Shown: positions 24,395-35,006 of the stretch, one piece after another
Layout of the letters: every line of letters begins with the position of its first letter
Numbering within the stretch: the stretch's first letter is position 1
Assembly: GCA_017694415.1 (NCBI GenBank)
Contig: JADIMW010000068.1
Location: forward strand, 1-61,565
Source of the DNA: Candidatus Caccoplasma merdipullorum
GTDB taxonomy: Bacteria > Bacteroidota > Bacteroidia > Bacteroidales > G3-4614
Reading direction: 5' to 3'
DNA length: 61,565 nucleotides
Made by a program: the position numbers and the translations under genes
Notes under the pieces: model-generated
The model's database searches: none
Told to the model about the DNA's origin: nothing
Seen by the model: only the letters and a program-made list of their open reading frames with translations

Positions 24395-25567
24395 CTACAA
24401 TGCGGCTTTTAGTATTGCCAATATGTCCTGTTCGTTCAACGGGACGTATGCATCGGTATCGAGTCCTTCGTTTATGGCTATGTGGTGCGCCATTTCTTCG
24501 AGACGTTCGTCGTTTATGCCTACTTCGCGCAGAGTCATGGGCATACCGAGGCTCTTGTAAAAATCGTACATTCCTTTTATTGCTTTTTCTGCTATCTCGT
24601 ACGGTTCTTCATCGGGGGATATTCCCAATATGTTTACTCCGAATTTTACGAACCGTTCTACTGTACGGTCGCTCAGTATATAGCGCATCCAGTGCGGTGT
24701 TATTATTGCCAGGCCTTCGCCGTGTGTTATGTCGTAATATGCCGACAGGGCATGTTCTATCCCGTGCATCTGCCATACGGTGTTGCCTGTCCCGAGTGCG
24801 AGCAATCCGTTGCAACCGAATGTGCAGGCATACATTATTTCGGCGCGGGCTTCGTAGTCGTCGGGAACGGCTATTGCTTTCGGTGCATATTTCATCAGCG
24901 TTTTTACAATAGTCTCGCAAAAACCGTCCGCTACGGAATTGGTGGGAGCGGTAAAGTATTGCTCCATTACATGGTTTATCGCATCGGCTACTCCTGCCGC
25001 GGTGTGTTTGGCGTTTACGGTAAATGTGTATGTCGGGTCGAGGAACGAACATACGGGGAACAGATGCCTGTCGATATATGCGACTTTGTCGTTTGTTTCG
25101 GTACGGGAGATTACTCCGCCGCAATCGTACTCGCTGCCTGTTGCGGCCAGCGTTATTATATCGACTATGGGAAGTGCGCCGCGCGTGGGGACTTTCCCGC
25201 TTATCAAATCCCACGGCTCGCCGTCATATACGGCGCCTGCGGCTATCGCCTTCGAGCAGTCGAGAACCGAGCCTCCTCCTACCGAAAGGATTACTTCTAT
25301 GTTCTGCTCCTTGCATATCCGCACTCCGTCGAGTACGCTCGTTGTATATTTAGGGTTCGGTTCTATTCCTGAAAGTTCGAATATTTCGAACTCTTTCATC
25401 AGTTCTTTTACCTTGTCGTAAAGCCCTATCCGTTTTATACTTCCGCCGCCATAGGTCAGCAATACTCTATGTCCAATAGGCTTCATTACTTTCGGAAGTT
25501 TGTTTACTGAATCGCGACCGAATATCAGGCGCGTCGGCGTTTGATAATCGAAATTATTCATACTCAT
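24395..25567 (-). CDS. Iron-containing alcohol (butanol-type) dehydrogenase
   Basis: PTRLIFG, YGGGSIK, GGGSVLDCSKA, TLAATGSE, HGIEH...HGEGLA. Confidence 0.93.
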   Translation of the reverse strand: MSMNNFDYQTPTRLIFGRDSVNKLPKVMKPIGHRVLLTYGGGSIKRIGLYDKVKELMKEFEIFELSGIEPNPKYTTSVLDGVRICKEQNIEVILSVGGGSVLDCSKAIAAGAVYDGEPWDLISGKVPTRGALPIVDIITLAATGSEYDCGGVISRTETNDKVAYIDRHLFPVCSFLDPTYTFTVNAKHTAAGVADAINHVMEQYFTAPTNSVADGFCETIVKTLMKYAPKAIAVPDDYEARAEIMYACTFGCNGLLALGTGNTVWQMHGIEHALSAYYDITHGEGLAIITPHWMRYILSDRTVERFVKFGVNILGISPDEEPYEIAEKAIKGMYDFYKSLGMPMTLREVGINDERLEEMAHHIAINEGLDTDAYVPLNEQDILAILKAAL

Positions 25568-25785
25568 ATATCTCTTTTTTTAGTGGTTGCTTTATCTGTT
25601 AAATACAAAACTACAAATTATATTGCAGATATGTCGTCTGACGCAAAATTATACTGTTTCCTCTCGGCCGGGGATATATATTTTACCTTTATTCATACCG
25701 CTTTTACTGTATTTTGTTGATTGTCGGATTTCGGGTTTGTACCTTTTTCGGTTATCTGCTTTGTGCCCGCCACAGCTTGCAACGG

Positions 25786-27189
25786 TTATAATATTTTATT
25801 CAGTGTGTCTGTAAGATAATTCATGTCGTCTAATGTAAGTGAGGCATATCCTATCCGCGCTCCTATGCCGCAAGAGGTCGTATAGAGGGGCATTTTTATT
25901 CGGGCTTCTTTTAGTTTGTTTTCGAGTTTCCGGGTATCGGTCTGACCGGTAAATACGACCCATATCGCCAACCCTCCTTGCGGTATGTCGAAGGTTATTT
26001 TACCGGAGAGCTTTTTAGCAAGATTTTCCACAAAGTATTTTTGTTTTTCCTTGTAATGTCTTGTTGCTCTTTTTATATGTCTTTTTATATCTCCCGTATT
26101 AATCAACTCGAGTATCGCATGTTCCATTATATTGTCGCCCTGTATGTCTATCATGCTGCGGAGAGACCCTATTTTTGCGGCATTTTCGGATGATGATGCT
26201 ATATAGCCTACTCTTACCGACGGGGCTATCACTTTACTGAATGTTCCTATGTAAAATGTCCTTTCTTTTGGGGTGAATGCCGATACGGGAAATGCGGGCT
26301 TGTGCTGTAAACTGAAATCGTAATCGTAGTCGTCTTCGATAAGGTATATCTGATGCGCCGAGATGAGCGACACGAGTTTCCGTTTTCTTTCGGGAGACAA
26401 CGGGACCATGGTGGGATAATGGTGTCGGGGCGTTATGTATATTGCTTTTATCTGTTTTTCTGTACCGGAGAGTTCTTTTTCTATCTGCTCGACCTTTATC
26501 CCGAATTTATCTACTGCGACAGGGATGATATTCAGACCTAAGCGGGTGAATGTTTCGGCGGCTTTTGGATAACAGGGCTCTTCTACCACAACTGCATCTC
26601 CTTTTTTAAGTATTGCTCCGGCTATAAGGTATAATGCCATCTGGCTGCCGCGCGTTATGCATATATCGTCGGGTTGTGTTTCGAGTCCGCGGCTTTGGTT
26701 CAGCATGGAGGAGACTGCCGTACGGAATTTCATGTCGCCGACAGGTGTGCTGTATCCTAACAGGCGATGTCGGGCGGCTTGATTGAACAACTGCCGATAG
26801 GCTCTGGACAATTCTTTTACGGGTGCTATCTTGGTATCGGGAATGCCGTCGTCGATAGCTAATATATATGGGGAAACGGATTCTGTACGGGGGGCGCTGT
26901 CGCTCTTATTCTTAGCGTGCGCGGGTACGGTATATTCGGCAACGAATACCCCGACTCTCTCCCGATTTATCAACAGTCCCGAATGTTCGAGTTGCTCTAT
27001 TGCATTTACTACGCTTTTTCTGCTGATATTCATCTGAAGTGCCATACTGCGGCTGCCGGGTAATGCCTCGCCGGGTTTTAATGCTCCTGTCTGTATCAGC
27101 TTTTTTATTTTATCGGCCACCTGCCGATATATGGGGACTTTGTTGTCGGTTCTGTCTATTTCGATATTGAACTGCCACGGCCTTATCAT
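25786..27189 (-). CDS. MocR/GabR family PLP-dependent transcriptional regulator
   Basis: GntR HTH (LKPGEALPGSR) plus aminotransferase domain (IEDDYD, GTFSKVIAP). Confidence 0.93.
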   Translation of the reverse strand: MIRPWQFNIEIDRTDNKVPIYRQVADKIKKLIQTGALKPGEALPGSRSMALQMNISRKSVVNAIEQLEHSGLLINRERVGVFVAEYTVPAHAKNKSDSAPRTESVSPYILAIDDGIPDTKIAPVKELSRAYRQLFNQAARHRLLGYSTPVGDMKFRTAVSSMLNQSRGLETQPDDICITRGSQMALYLIAGAILKKGDAVVVEEPCYPKAAETFTRLGLNIIPVAVDKFGIKVEQIEKELSGTEKQIKAIYITPRHHYPTMVPLSPERKRKLVSLISAHQIYLIEDDYDYDFSLQHKPAFPVSAFTPKERTFYIGTFSKVIAPSVRVGYIASSSENAAKIGSLRSMIDIQGDNIMEHAILELINTGDIKRHIKRATRHYKEKQKYFVENLAKKLSGKITFDIPQGGLAIWVVFTGQTDTRKLENKLKEARIKMPLYTTSCGIGARIGYASLTLDDMNYLTDTLNKIL

Positions 27190-27297
27190 CTGGTATCCTT
27201 GTTTATTTGATTTCTGGATATATTACAGAGTCCAAATATATAATAATTTTGCCGATGTGTTAAATGAACGGATTTATATTTTAATGTTGTACGGGTC

Positions 27298-28422
27298 ATG
27301 AAGTTGTTCGATGTTTATTCGCTGTTCGATGTCAATATCGTAAGGGGTAAGGGGTGTTTCGTTTATGACAGGAATAACATGGAGTATCTCGATTTATATG
27401 GAGGTCATGCCGTTATCTCCATAGGTCATGCTCATCCTTATTATATCGAAAAGGTTGCCGAACAGCTGAACAGACTGGTTTTTTATTCAAACAGCGTAAT
27501 TAACGACCGCCAAAGGGAGTTGGCGGTCAAACTCGGGAAATTATCGGGATACGATAATTATTCGCTGTTTTTGAGTAATTCGGGTGCTGAGGCCAATGAA
27601 AATGCCATAAAACTTGCTTCGTTTTTCACCGGGCGTAAAAGGGTGCTGAGTTTCAACGGGGCTTTTCACGGACGTACGGAGGCTGCGGTTATGGCATCGG
27701 ATAATGGCAGGATTGTTTCGCCTGCGAATTTCAATCCTAATTATATAAAGGTTCCGCTTAACGATATGGAGAGTGTCGCTGCGGAGTTGCGGACGAATGA
27801 TTATTGTGCGGTTATAATTGAAGGGATTCAGGGTGTCGGCGGAATAAGGATTCCCGACGGAGGGTTCATGAAGGCTCTGCGTAAGGAGTGTTCTTCGACC
27901 GGCACGATTCTGATTTTGGATGAGATTCAATCGGGATGTGGACGTACGGGGAAGTTCTTTGCTCATCAGAATTGGGATATTTCGGCCGATATTGTTACCT
28001 TGGCCAAAGGTATCGGCAACGGGTTTCCTGCTGCTGCTACGGTAATAAGCGACATGTTCGTCCCTGTTGTTGGACAACTTGGCACTACGTTCGGAGGGAA
28101 TCATCTTGCATGTGCGGCCGCTTGCGCCGTCATGGATGTTATCGAGCGGGAAAACTTGATGTCGAATGCTGAAAATACCGGAAAATATCTTATTGAAAGA
28201 CTTGGGGAGATTCCGCAGATTTGCGCGATTAGGGGAATGGGGTTGATGATTGGCATCGATTTTGACTGTAATGTAAAAAGGATAAGGGAGAGACTCTTGT
28301 ATGACGAACACGTTTTTACTGGTGTTGCGGGAGACAGGACTTTGCGCCTGCTGCCGCCTCTTTGCCTCTCCGTGGGGGAAGCGGATTTGTTTATGGAAAA
28401 ACTTGTAAAATGTATTAACTGA
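27298..28422 (+). CDS. Class III aminotransferase (acetylornithine aminotransferase-like)
   Basis: YLDLYGGHAV, NSGAEANENA, FHGRT, DEIQSGCGRTG, LAKGIGNG. Confidence 0.92.
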   Translation: MKLFDVYSLFDVNIVRGKGCFVYDRNNMEYLDLYGGHAVISIGHAHPYYIEKVAEQLNRLVFYSNSVINDRQRELAVKLGKLSGYDNYSLFLSNSGAEANENAIKLASFFTGRKRVLSFNGAFHGRTEAAVMASDNGRIVSPANFNPNYIKVPLNDMESVAAELRTNDYCAVIIEGIQGVGGIRIPDGGFMKALRKECSSTGTILILDEIQSGCGRTGKFFAHQNWDISADIVTLAKGIGNGFPAAATVISDMFVPVVGQLGTTFGGNHLACAAACAVMDVIERENLMSNAENTGKYLIERLGEIPQICAIRGMGLMIGIDFDCNVKRIRERLLYDEHVFTGVAGDRTLRLLPPLCLSVGEADLFMEKLVKCIN

Positions 28423-28440
28423 AATAATATTCTGGTTTTT

Positions 28441-28926
28441 ATGATTTATAATAATGATAATGTGAGGCGTCAGGACAGACTGCTTGGCGAGAAGGAGGCT
28501 TTTGAGTTGTTGAGAAACGGGGAATTCGGCATTTTATCGCTGGCTGCGCCGGACGGCTCTCCTTATGGTATTCCGGTAAGTTATGTGTGGGACGGCGTTG
28601 AAAGTATTTATTTTCACTGCGCTAAAGAGGGTAAGAAATTGTCGTGTATCGATTTCTCATCGAAAGCGTCTTTCTGCATTGTAGGCAAAACAAACGTGGT
28701 GCCGAACAAATTTACCACGGGATATGAAAGTATTGTGCTGCAATGCGAAATTAAGAGGGGAATTGGCGAGGATGAAAGGATGCACGCATTGAGACTTCTG
28801 TTGGAGAAATATTCTCCTGATGATATGGTTGTGGGGATGAAGTATGCGGAAAAGTCGTTCGGGCGTACGGAGATAGTCCGCATGACTGTTGTGGAGTTCA
28901 GCGGCAAGTGCAAGAGGGTTAATTGA
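28441..28926 (+). CDS. Pyridoxamine 5'-phosphate oxidase / Nim-like flavin-binding protein
   Basis: VRRQDR, PYGIPVSY, IYFHCAKEGKK, FSGK. Confidence 0.88.
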   Translation: MIYNNDNVRRQDRLLGEKEAFELLRNGEFGILSLAAPDGSPYGIPVSYVWDGVESIYFHCAKEGKKLSCIDFSSKASFCIVGKTNVVPNKFTTGYESIVLQCEIKRGIGEDERMHALRLLLEKYSPDDMVVGMKYAEKSFGRTEIVRMTVVEFSGKCKRVN

Positions 28927-28944
28927 TTTTATTGTTCTGGTATT

Positions 28945-29451
28945 ATGACTGATTTGGTTCTTGGCAGGCTCGTTTGCGCAATGACCGACTATTATGCGGG
29001 GGATGCGAAACGGATTCAACATTTTATTAAGGTTCGCGGATTTGCTGCTACTATCGGCAGACTGGAGGGTTTGGACAAAGAGGAGTTGTTTGTTTTGGAG
29101 ACCGCAGCTTTAGTGCATGATATAGGGATTAAGGTTTGTGAGAGGAAGTACGGTTCGTGCAACGGAAAATTACAGGAGTTGGAGGGGCCGGCCGAAGCTG
29201 AAAAGCTGCTTGTTTCTCTGGGGGATTTTTCTACGGAAACGATAGAGCGTGTCTGCTGGCTGGTTGCTCATCATCATACGTATAATGATATTGCGGATAT
29301 TGATTATCAGATTCTTGTTGAAGCGGATTTTTTGGTAAACGTATTTGAAGACGGGATTTTGCCGGATGCTATATCGCAATTCAAAAAGAATGTTTTCAAG
29401 ACGAAAACCGGGATATATCTTTTGGAGAGAATGTATGCGAACTCCGATTAG
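28945..29451 (+). CDS. HD domain phosphohydrolase
   Basis: RIQHF...ALVHDIG...AHHH...EAD. Confidence 0.88.
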   Translation: MTDLVLGRLVCAMTDYYAGDAKRIQHFIKVRGFAATIGRLEGLDKEELFVLETAALVHDIGIKVCERKYGSCNGKLQELEGPAEAEKLLVSLGDFSTETIERVCWLVAHHHTYNDIADIDYQILVEADFLVNVFEDGILPDAISQFKKNVFKTKTGIYLLERMYANSD

Positions 29452-29577
29452 CTGTTTACGCTGCTAAGGCAGGAATAAGGGTTTTGCGGCGTGTTCATAT
29501 ATTTTTACGTGCCGTTATGTGCTGCAGTCGCTCCGGGATGTTATATTTGCGTATTATTGACCTTTTAATTTTCATTT

Positions 29578-30084
29578 ATGGATTGCAGCGATTCTATCCG
29601 ATTGAGAAGGAGTGTCAGGAAATTCAAGACTGATACTCTTGTTCCCGACAGAGATATTAAATTAATCCTCGAAGCGGCAATGATGGCTCCGAGTGCTGTA
29701 AACAGCAGGCCGTGGGAATTTATCGTAGTTACGGACAGAGAGACTAAAGAGGGGATTATGAAGGTGCATGAATACAGTAAAATGTTGAAAAGTGCTCCTC
29801 TGGCTATTGTCGTCTGCGGGAAACCGGAGTGCCAGGCTGAACTCGGCGAACCGTTCTGGCCTCAAGACTGCGCCGCCGCAACCGAGAATATCTTGCTTCA
29901 GGCGACGGCTTTGGGTTACGGGTCGTGCTGGTGCGGCTGCTACCCTGTAGAGAGCAGGGTGAAAGGCTTGCAGGAATTGTTCGGCATAAAGAGTATTCCG
30001 GTGGCTGTGGTGGCTATCGGCGTTGCCGATGAATCGCCGAAAGCTAAAGGTTTCTTCGATGAGGGGGCTGTAAAGTATTTCTGA
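29578..30084 (+). CDS. Nitroreductase family protein
   Basis: RRSVRKF, APSAVNSRPWEF, QDCAAATENILL, LGYGSCWCG. Confidence 0.93.
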   Translation: MDCSDSIRLRRSVRKFKTDTLVPDRDIKLILEAAMMAPSAVNSRPWEFIVVTDRETKEGIMKVHEYSKMLKSAPLAIVVCGKPECQAELGEPFWPQDCAAATENILLQATALGYGSCWCGCYPVESRVKGLQELFGIKSIPVAVVAIGVADESPKAKGFFDEGAVKYF

Positions 30085-30172
30085 TTGGCAGCGTGCTTTG
30101 CTTTTACAAGAATCCCCGGCGAGAGTTTATGTTTCTCGTCGGGGATTGTCATATTTGCATTGTCTGTCCGTT

Positions 30173-32392
30173 TTATTTCTTCACGACAAGATTCCACTTT
30201 CTGAGGAATACTTCAAGATCACGGCCTGATATGTTGGTCAGACGTGCGCCTTTTATCTCCCGGTCGATTTTGGCTGTCATTTCGCCGTTCTCGGTCGTCA
30301 AAGGTAGCGACATCCATTCGCCGTTTCCTGCAAGTACTTCGAATTTCCATATTTCGGGGGTGGTCTTTTCGAGATTTATCTGGACATTTACTGCCTCCAG
30401 CGGTTCTGCAAGGTCGATTTGTACATAACAGCCTGCACCCCACCGTATTACTTCCAGTTGCGGGGGTATTTGTATGTTCTCGCCTTTTACGCGTACGGGT
30501 GCTCCTTTAAGCTGCTCTATGGTGGTGTCGAATTTATGCGGCGAGTATTCGGACATTATTTCCAATGTTGTTCCGTATTTTGCATTGTAGGATTTTGTTA
30601 TCCCGGAGAAGACTTCGTTTATGAACGGTTGTAGTACTCGCGTCCCTACAAGTATTCCGGGATGGTATTCGTTCTGGTTGTTGGTCTGATCGAGGACGAA
30701 ACTCTGTTGCTGCAACGCGCGCACATGTTTGTACTTGGCCATGAACATTGCGGAATCGGCTTTGTTGTATGCTTTTACCATGGCCAAAACTTCACGTCCG
30801 GTTTCTCCTTGGAGTTTGAACTGCCGTACCCATGTGCCTATCTCTTTTACTAATGCTTCGTTTTCGTCGTTTGCCAACAGACGGTCGGATGAGGAGACTA
30901 TTTTTTCGAATTCGCATTTCATTCGTGCATAGTCTTCGTCCGAGGGTTTTTCTCCTTTTTTAACTGCTTCGGCAAAGCGCGCGGCATACGGGGCTATCTC
31001 TTTTGATTCTTCTCTGCGCCAGTTGAACCAGCCGTCGCCGGGATCGGAATTGTTCCGGGCAAAACATTCGAGGGCGTCTGCATCTTTCGGCATCAGCATT
31101 GCTATGGCGTCTTTCCACGATTTTTCGCCGTTGAATGTGGCCGGATTCCATGAATAGTCGGCTATCGAATATATGGCTATCTTGGAGGCTTCGGCATGTT
31201 CCATGGGGTTGGACAGGAATCCTGTTATGTCGGCGGATGTGAATGTCGTGTCGTTTCCATATACGGGCCCCATAAGTAATCGGTTGCGTACATAATCGGT
31301 AACAGGGAAGTTCCACCAGATATATACGGGGCGTTTTATCTGCGAGTTTACCCAATCGACGCTTTCGCGCGTTATGGATACTATTACTTCTTCGCCGGTG
31401 TACATTATGTTTATGTCGGGATTCAGCATGTCGCCCATGGTCTTGAGGTAATCGTTCTGTTTTCCCCATGACCCGGTATAGACGGTCGGACACATCAGCA
31501 ACGGTTTTAGGTCGGGTTTGCTTTTGTTGAAGTTGTCGTCGATATAGTTCAACAGATTGGCCTGCCGTACGGGATCTGTTCCTTCGCCTGTTATGTCATC
31601 GAAGAATACGGCAAATGACCGTACGCCCAAATCGTACAGTTGTTCGAATTTGTGTATCAGGAAATCTCTGTCTTCGTCGTTCCACCTTATGTCTTGTCCC
31701 GGATGTATTGCCCATACGAAATCGACACCGTTGGCATTTGCCGTTTCTACAAGTGCTTTCAACTCGGCTGCTTTTTCTGCCGGATACGGGTCGCGCCAGT
31801 TGGGCGAACGGTGATACGGGTCGTCCTTGGGTGCGTATATATAGGTGTTCATCTTATAATCGCCGTAGAAACTCATTTGCTCCGCTCTGGCTTTCATGCT
31901 CCACGGTGTACCGTAAAAGCCTTCTACTACTCCGCGGTATGCGGCTACGGGATAGTCGGTTATCTCTACCTCGGGGAGCTGCCCGTTTTCTATAAGTTGG
32001 CCGAGGGTTTTTACTCCGTAGTATGTTCCCCGTTCGTCGTTTCCTGCTATTATTACCGTATTGTCCGATATTTTAAGATAGTATCCGTCGGCTTTTTGCG
32101 GGATATTGCGGGTATATTTTTTTACCGATTTATCGCCGCGCTCGCCTATTATGATACTGAATCGGGAAGTGCCAGCTGTTGCTTCCGGTTTGTCTTTAAA
32201 AAGTGCCTCGATACTTGCCAATGCTATCGGGGAGGCTTCTTCTTGTCCGATTATCCGGGGTTGGCTTGTTATCGATACTGTTCCCTGCGAAATTTGCATG
32301 CTGCGCGGTTGGGGATATACGGAAATCTCGCCTGCCGTTATGCTTCCGGAGAAGAGCATCGCTCCGAATAGCAGATAATTGAAATACTTCAT
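30173..32392 (-). CDS. GH84 beta-N-acetylglucosaminidase (O-GlcNAcase/hyaluronidase-like)
   Basis: RGVVEGFYG.PW, YIYAPKDDPYHR, FAVFFDDI catalytic pair, WWNFPVTDY; signal peptide. Confidence 0.95.
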   Translation of the reverse strand: MKYFNYLLFGAMLFSGSITAGEISVYPQPRSMQISQGTVSITSQPRIIGQEEASPIALASIEALFKDKPEATAGTSRFSIIIGERGDKSVKKYTRNIPQKADGYYLKISDNTVIIAGNDERGTYYGVKTLGQLIENGQLPEVEITDYPVAAYRGVVEGFYGTPWSMKARAEQMSFYGDYKMNTYIYAPKDDPYHRSPNWRDPYPAEKAAELKALVETANANGVDFVWAIHPGQDIRWNDEDRDFLIHKFEQLYDLGVRSFAVFFDDITGEGTDPVRQANLLNYIDDNFNKSKPDLKPLLMCPTVYTGSWGKQNDYLKTMGDMLNPDINIMYTGEEVIVSITRESVDWVNSQIKRPVYIWWNFPVTDYVRNRLLMGPVYGNDTTFTSADITGFLSNPMEHAEASKIAIYSIADYSWNPATFNGEKSWKDAIAMLMPKDADALECFARNNSDPGDGWFNWRREESKEIAPYAARFAEAVKKGEKPSDEDYARMKCEFEKIVSSSDRLLANDENEALVKEIGTWVRQFKLQGETGREVLAMVKAYNKADSAMFMAKYKHVRALQQQSFVLDQTNNQNEYHPGILVGTRVLQPFINEVFSGITKSYNAKYGTTLEIMSEYSPHKFDTTIEQLKGAPVRVKGENIQIPPQLEVIRWGAGCYVQIDLAEPLEAVNVQINLEKTTPEIWKFEVLAGNGEWMSLPLTTENGEMTAKIDREIKGARLTNISGRDLEVFLRKWNLVVKK

Positions 32393-32495
32393 AGCCTTTT
32401 TGTGTTATTGTTTGGTTTTTTATTCTGTTTCTTGTTTTGTGTAATGTTACGCGCTGTTTTTATTGCAAACGACACTGCTTGCCGTCGTTCGCCGA

Positions 32496-33011
32496 CTACA
32501 GTTCCAACAACCCTTCTGGAAGTTTCATCTCTATCGTTTTTGCTTCGTCGTCTATTCCTGTAACGAAATCCTCGGTTGCCGGAATCAAATATTCTTTTGT
32601 TTCGCCTTCGACTACGAACAGGGGATTTTCGGGTGTTCCGTCTATTGCCACGATTGTTCCTATTTTATCGCCGGATATTGTTATGCTGTATCCGCTCAAC
32701 GTATCGGATATGACGGCGGATTCGGATGTCCCGGCACTCTTTTCTTTCGGGATATAGAGCTTGCGGTTTATCATTGTTGCTGTTTCCGCTATATTGTCTA
32801 TATCATCGAATTTAAGTATCACGGAATTGACTCCTTTGTACCGGTACGACGCCAAAAAGAATGGGACGTATATTCCGTCTATATCGCATACAAGATATTC
32901 GGATGCGTCGAAATCGGTATCTTCGCGGGAGATGACTGCAACGAGCTCGCCTCCTACTCCATGTGTCTTGACTATTTTCCCTATTTCTGTCAGTTCGGCT
33001 CTGTCAATCAT
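32496..33011 (-). CDS. rimM: Ribosome maturation factor RimM
   Basis: IGKIVKTHGVGGE...LIPA..DFV...LPEGLLEL. Confidence 0.95.
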   Translation of the reverse strand: MIDRAELTEIGKIVKTHGVGGELVAVISREDTDFDASEYLVCDIDGIYVPFFLASYRYKGVNSVILKFDDIDNIAETATMINRKLYIPKEKSAGTSESAVISDTLSGYSITISGDKIGTIVAIDGTPENPLFVVEGETKEYLIPATEDFVTGIDDEAKTIEMKLPEGLLEL

Positions 33012-34320
33012 TGTTTCCTACTCGTTTTATCGATGCTCCTATGGCATTCAGGCGGACATCTATTTCTTCGTACCCGCGGTCTATCTGGTCTATGTTGTGT
33101 ATCGTGCTTGTCCCTTTTGCCGACATTGCGGCTATGAGTAATGCTATTCCTGCACGTATGTCGGGCGAGACCATTGTGGTTGCTCTGAGGGGTATTTCTT
33201 TTGCCTGCCCTATTACCACGGCTCTGTGCGGATCGCATAATATTATTTGAGCACCCATGTCTATCAGCTTATCGACAAAGAAGAGTCGGCTTTCGAACAT
33301 TTTCTGATGTATCAGCACGCTTCCTTTCGCCTGTGTGGCGACTACGAGTATTACACTCAGCAGGTCGGGTGTCAGACCGGGCCACGGTGCATCGGCAAAG
33401 GTCATTATGGAGCCGTCGATAAAGGTTTCTATTTCGTAACGGTCGTGCTGGGGTATATATATGTTGTCTTCTTCTTTCAACAGTTTTATACCCATGCGGC
33501 GAAATACTTCGGGTATTATTCCCAAATCCTTGAACGAGACATCTTTTATTCTTATGTCGGAACCTGTCATGGCTGCCATTCCTATAAAACTGCCTACTTC
33601 TATCATGTCGGGCAACAGGCGATGTGTACATCCGCCGAGTGAACGTACTCCTTGTATGGTGAGGAGATTGGATCCTATGCCTTCTATTTTTGCGCCCATA
33701 GAGTTCAGCATCTTGGATAACTGCTGCAGGTATGGTTCGCATGCTGCATTGTATATTGTCGTGGTGCCTTCGGCCAATACCGCAGCCATAAGGATATTGG
33801 CTGTACCGGTTACGGAGGCTTCGTCGAGAAGCATGTAGCACCCTTTCAGTTTGTCGGCGTATATTTCGTATATGTGTTTTTCGGGGTTGTATGTGAATCT
33901 TGCTCCTAATTTCTGTATTCCGAGGAAATGGGTGTCTAATCTGCGACGTCCGATTTTATCGCCTCCGGGTTGGGGGACGAGGGCGCGTCCGAATCGGGCT
34001 ACGAGTGGGCCGACTATCATGACGGAGCCTCTGAGCGAGGAGCATTTGTCGATAAATTCTGGGCTGTTCAGGTAATCCATGTCTATACTGTCGGCCTTGA
34101 AACTGTATGAGCCTTTTCCCGTACGGGTTACTTTTACCCCCATATCGGACAGTAACTGTATAAGGTTGTTCACGTCTCGGATATTGGGGATATTGCTTAT
34201 CTGTACTTCTTCGTCGGTAAGCAATACTGCGCACAACACTTCCAATGCTTCATTTTTCGCTCCTTTGGGAACGAGGTCGCCGTTTAGCTTGCGTCCTCCC
34301 TCTATTATAAATGATGACAT
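33004..34320 (-). CDS. murA: UDP-N-acetylglucosamine 1-carboxyvinyltransferase
   Basis: KGAKNEAL, PGGDKIGRR (Asp at the position of the fosfomycin-reactive Cys, usual in Bacteroidetes), PDIRAG, IDRGYE. Confidence 0.97.
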   Translation of the reverse strand: MSSFIIEGGRKLNGDLVPKGAKNEALEVLCAVLLTDEEVQISNIPNIRDVNNLIQLLSDMGVKVTRTGKGSYSFKADSIDMDYLNSPEFIDKCSSLRGSVMIVGPLVARFGRALVPQPGGDKIGRRRLDTHFLGIQKLGARFTYNPEKHIYEIYADKLKGCYMLLDEASVTGTANILMAAVLAEGTTTIYNAACEPYLQQLSKMLNSMGAKIEGIGSNLLTIQGVRSLGGCTHRLLPDMIEVGSFIGMAAMTGSDIRIKDVSFKDLGIIPEVFRRMGIKLLKEEDNIYIPQHDRYEIETFIDGSIMTFADAPWPGLTPDLLSVILVVATQAKGSVLIHQKMFESRLFFVDKLIDMGAQIILCDPHRAVVIGQAKEIPLRATTMVSPDIRAGIALLIAAMSAKGTSTIHNIDQIDRGYEEIDVRLNAIGASIKRVGNND

Positions 34321-34367
34321 GGGGTTCGATTTTGTGATTATTGGGGGTTGTTTATCGTTTTCGTTTA

Positions 34368-34961
34368 TTATTGGTTGCGTTTGCGCATTCCGCCTTTTTT
34401 ATTGGGCATATAGTCTCTGGCTGAACGGAGTTTCAAGTCGGCAACCGATATGTCTATTTTTCCTTCGGTGTATTCCATAAGGTCTTTTAATATCTTGTCG
34501 TCTTCTATTACATCCTTGTTCCATGTGTATAGGGACTTTTTCATGTGATTGGCCAGTAGCGAAATGAGCGCATCGCGTTCGGGACCTTCGGGATACTCGC
34601 AACATTTCTTCAGCATCTCTTCTACGATTTTTCCGTAATGCCGGTATTTTATGGGCTCGAGTTTGTACGGTACCGGTTCGGGACGTGTTCGCAGATTTTC
34701 TCTTTTTACAATTTCGCACGGATAGTCTATGTCGAGTTTAAAATCGGACATTATTGCGAGGTGATCCCACAACTTGTGTTTGAACTCGTCTATGTCGCGC
34801 AGATGCGGAAACAGATTTCCCATGGTGGCTACTATGGCGTATGCGCATCGGGTTCTTTCGTCGCGGTCTTTTATGGTAAGGCAATAATCCACCATGCGCT
34901 GTACGTTGCGGCCGTACTCGGGAAGTACCATTTTTTTCATCTGTGTATTGTATTCGAACAT
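34368..34961 (-). CDS. DUF4290 family protein
   Basis: EYNTQ...LPEYGRNVQ, KLWDHL, YRHYGK; usual neighbour of murA in Bacteroidetes. Confidence 0.88.
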   Translation of the reverse strand: MFEYNTQMKKMVLPEYGRNVQRMVDYCLTIKDRDERTRCAYAIVATMGNLFPHLRDIDEFKHKLWDHLAIMSDFKLDIDYPCEIVKRENLRTRPEPVPYKLEPIKYRHYGKIVEEMLKKCCEYPEGPERDALISLLANHMKKSLYTWNKDVIEDDKILKDLMEYTEGKIDISVADLKLRSARDYMPNKKGGMRKRNQ

Positions 34962-35006
34962 TTTGCTTTGGTATTTATGTGTTTGTCCTTCTTTGCCCGA
35001 ACTTTT

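Noticed and set aside
33950-33975. MurA with Asp instead of the active-site Cys
   Set aside because: Normal for Bacteroidetes MurA; not novel.
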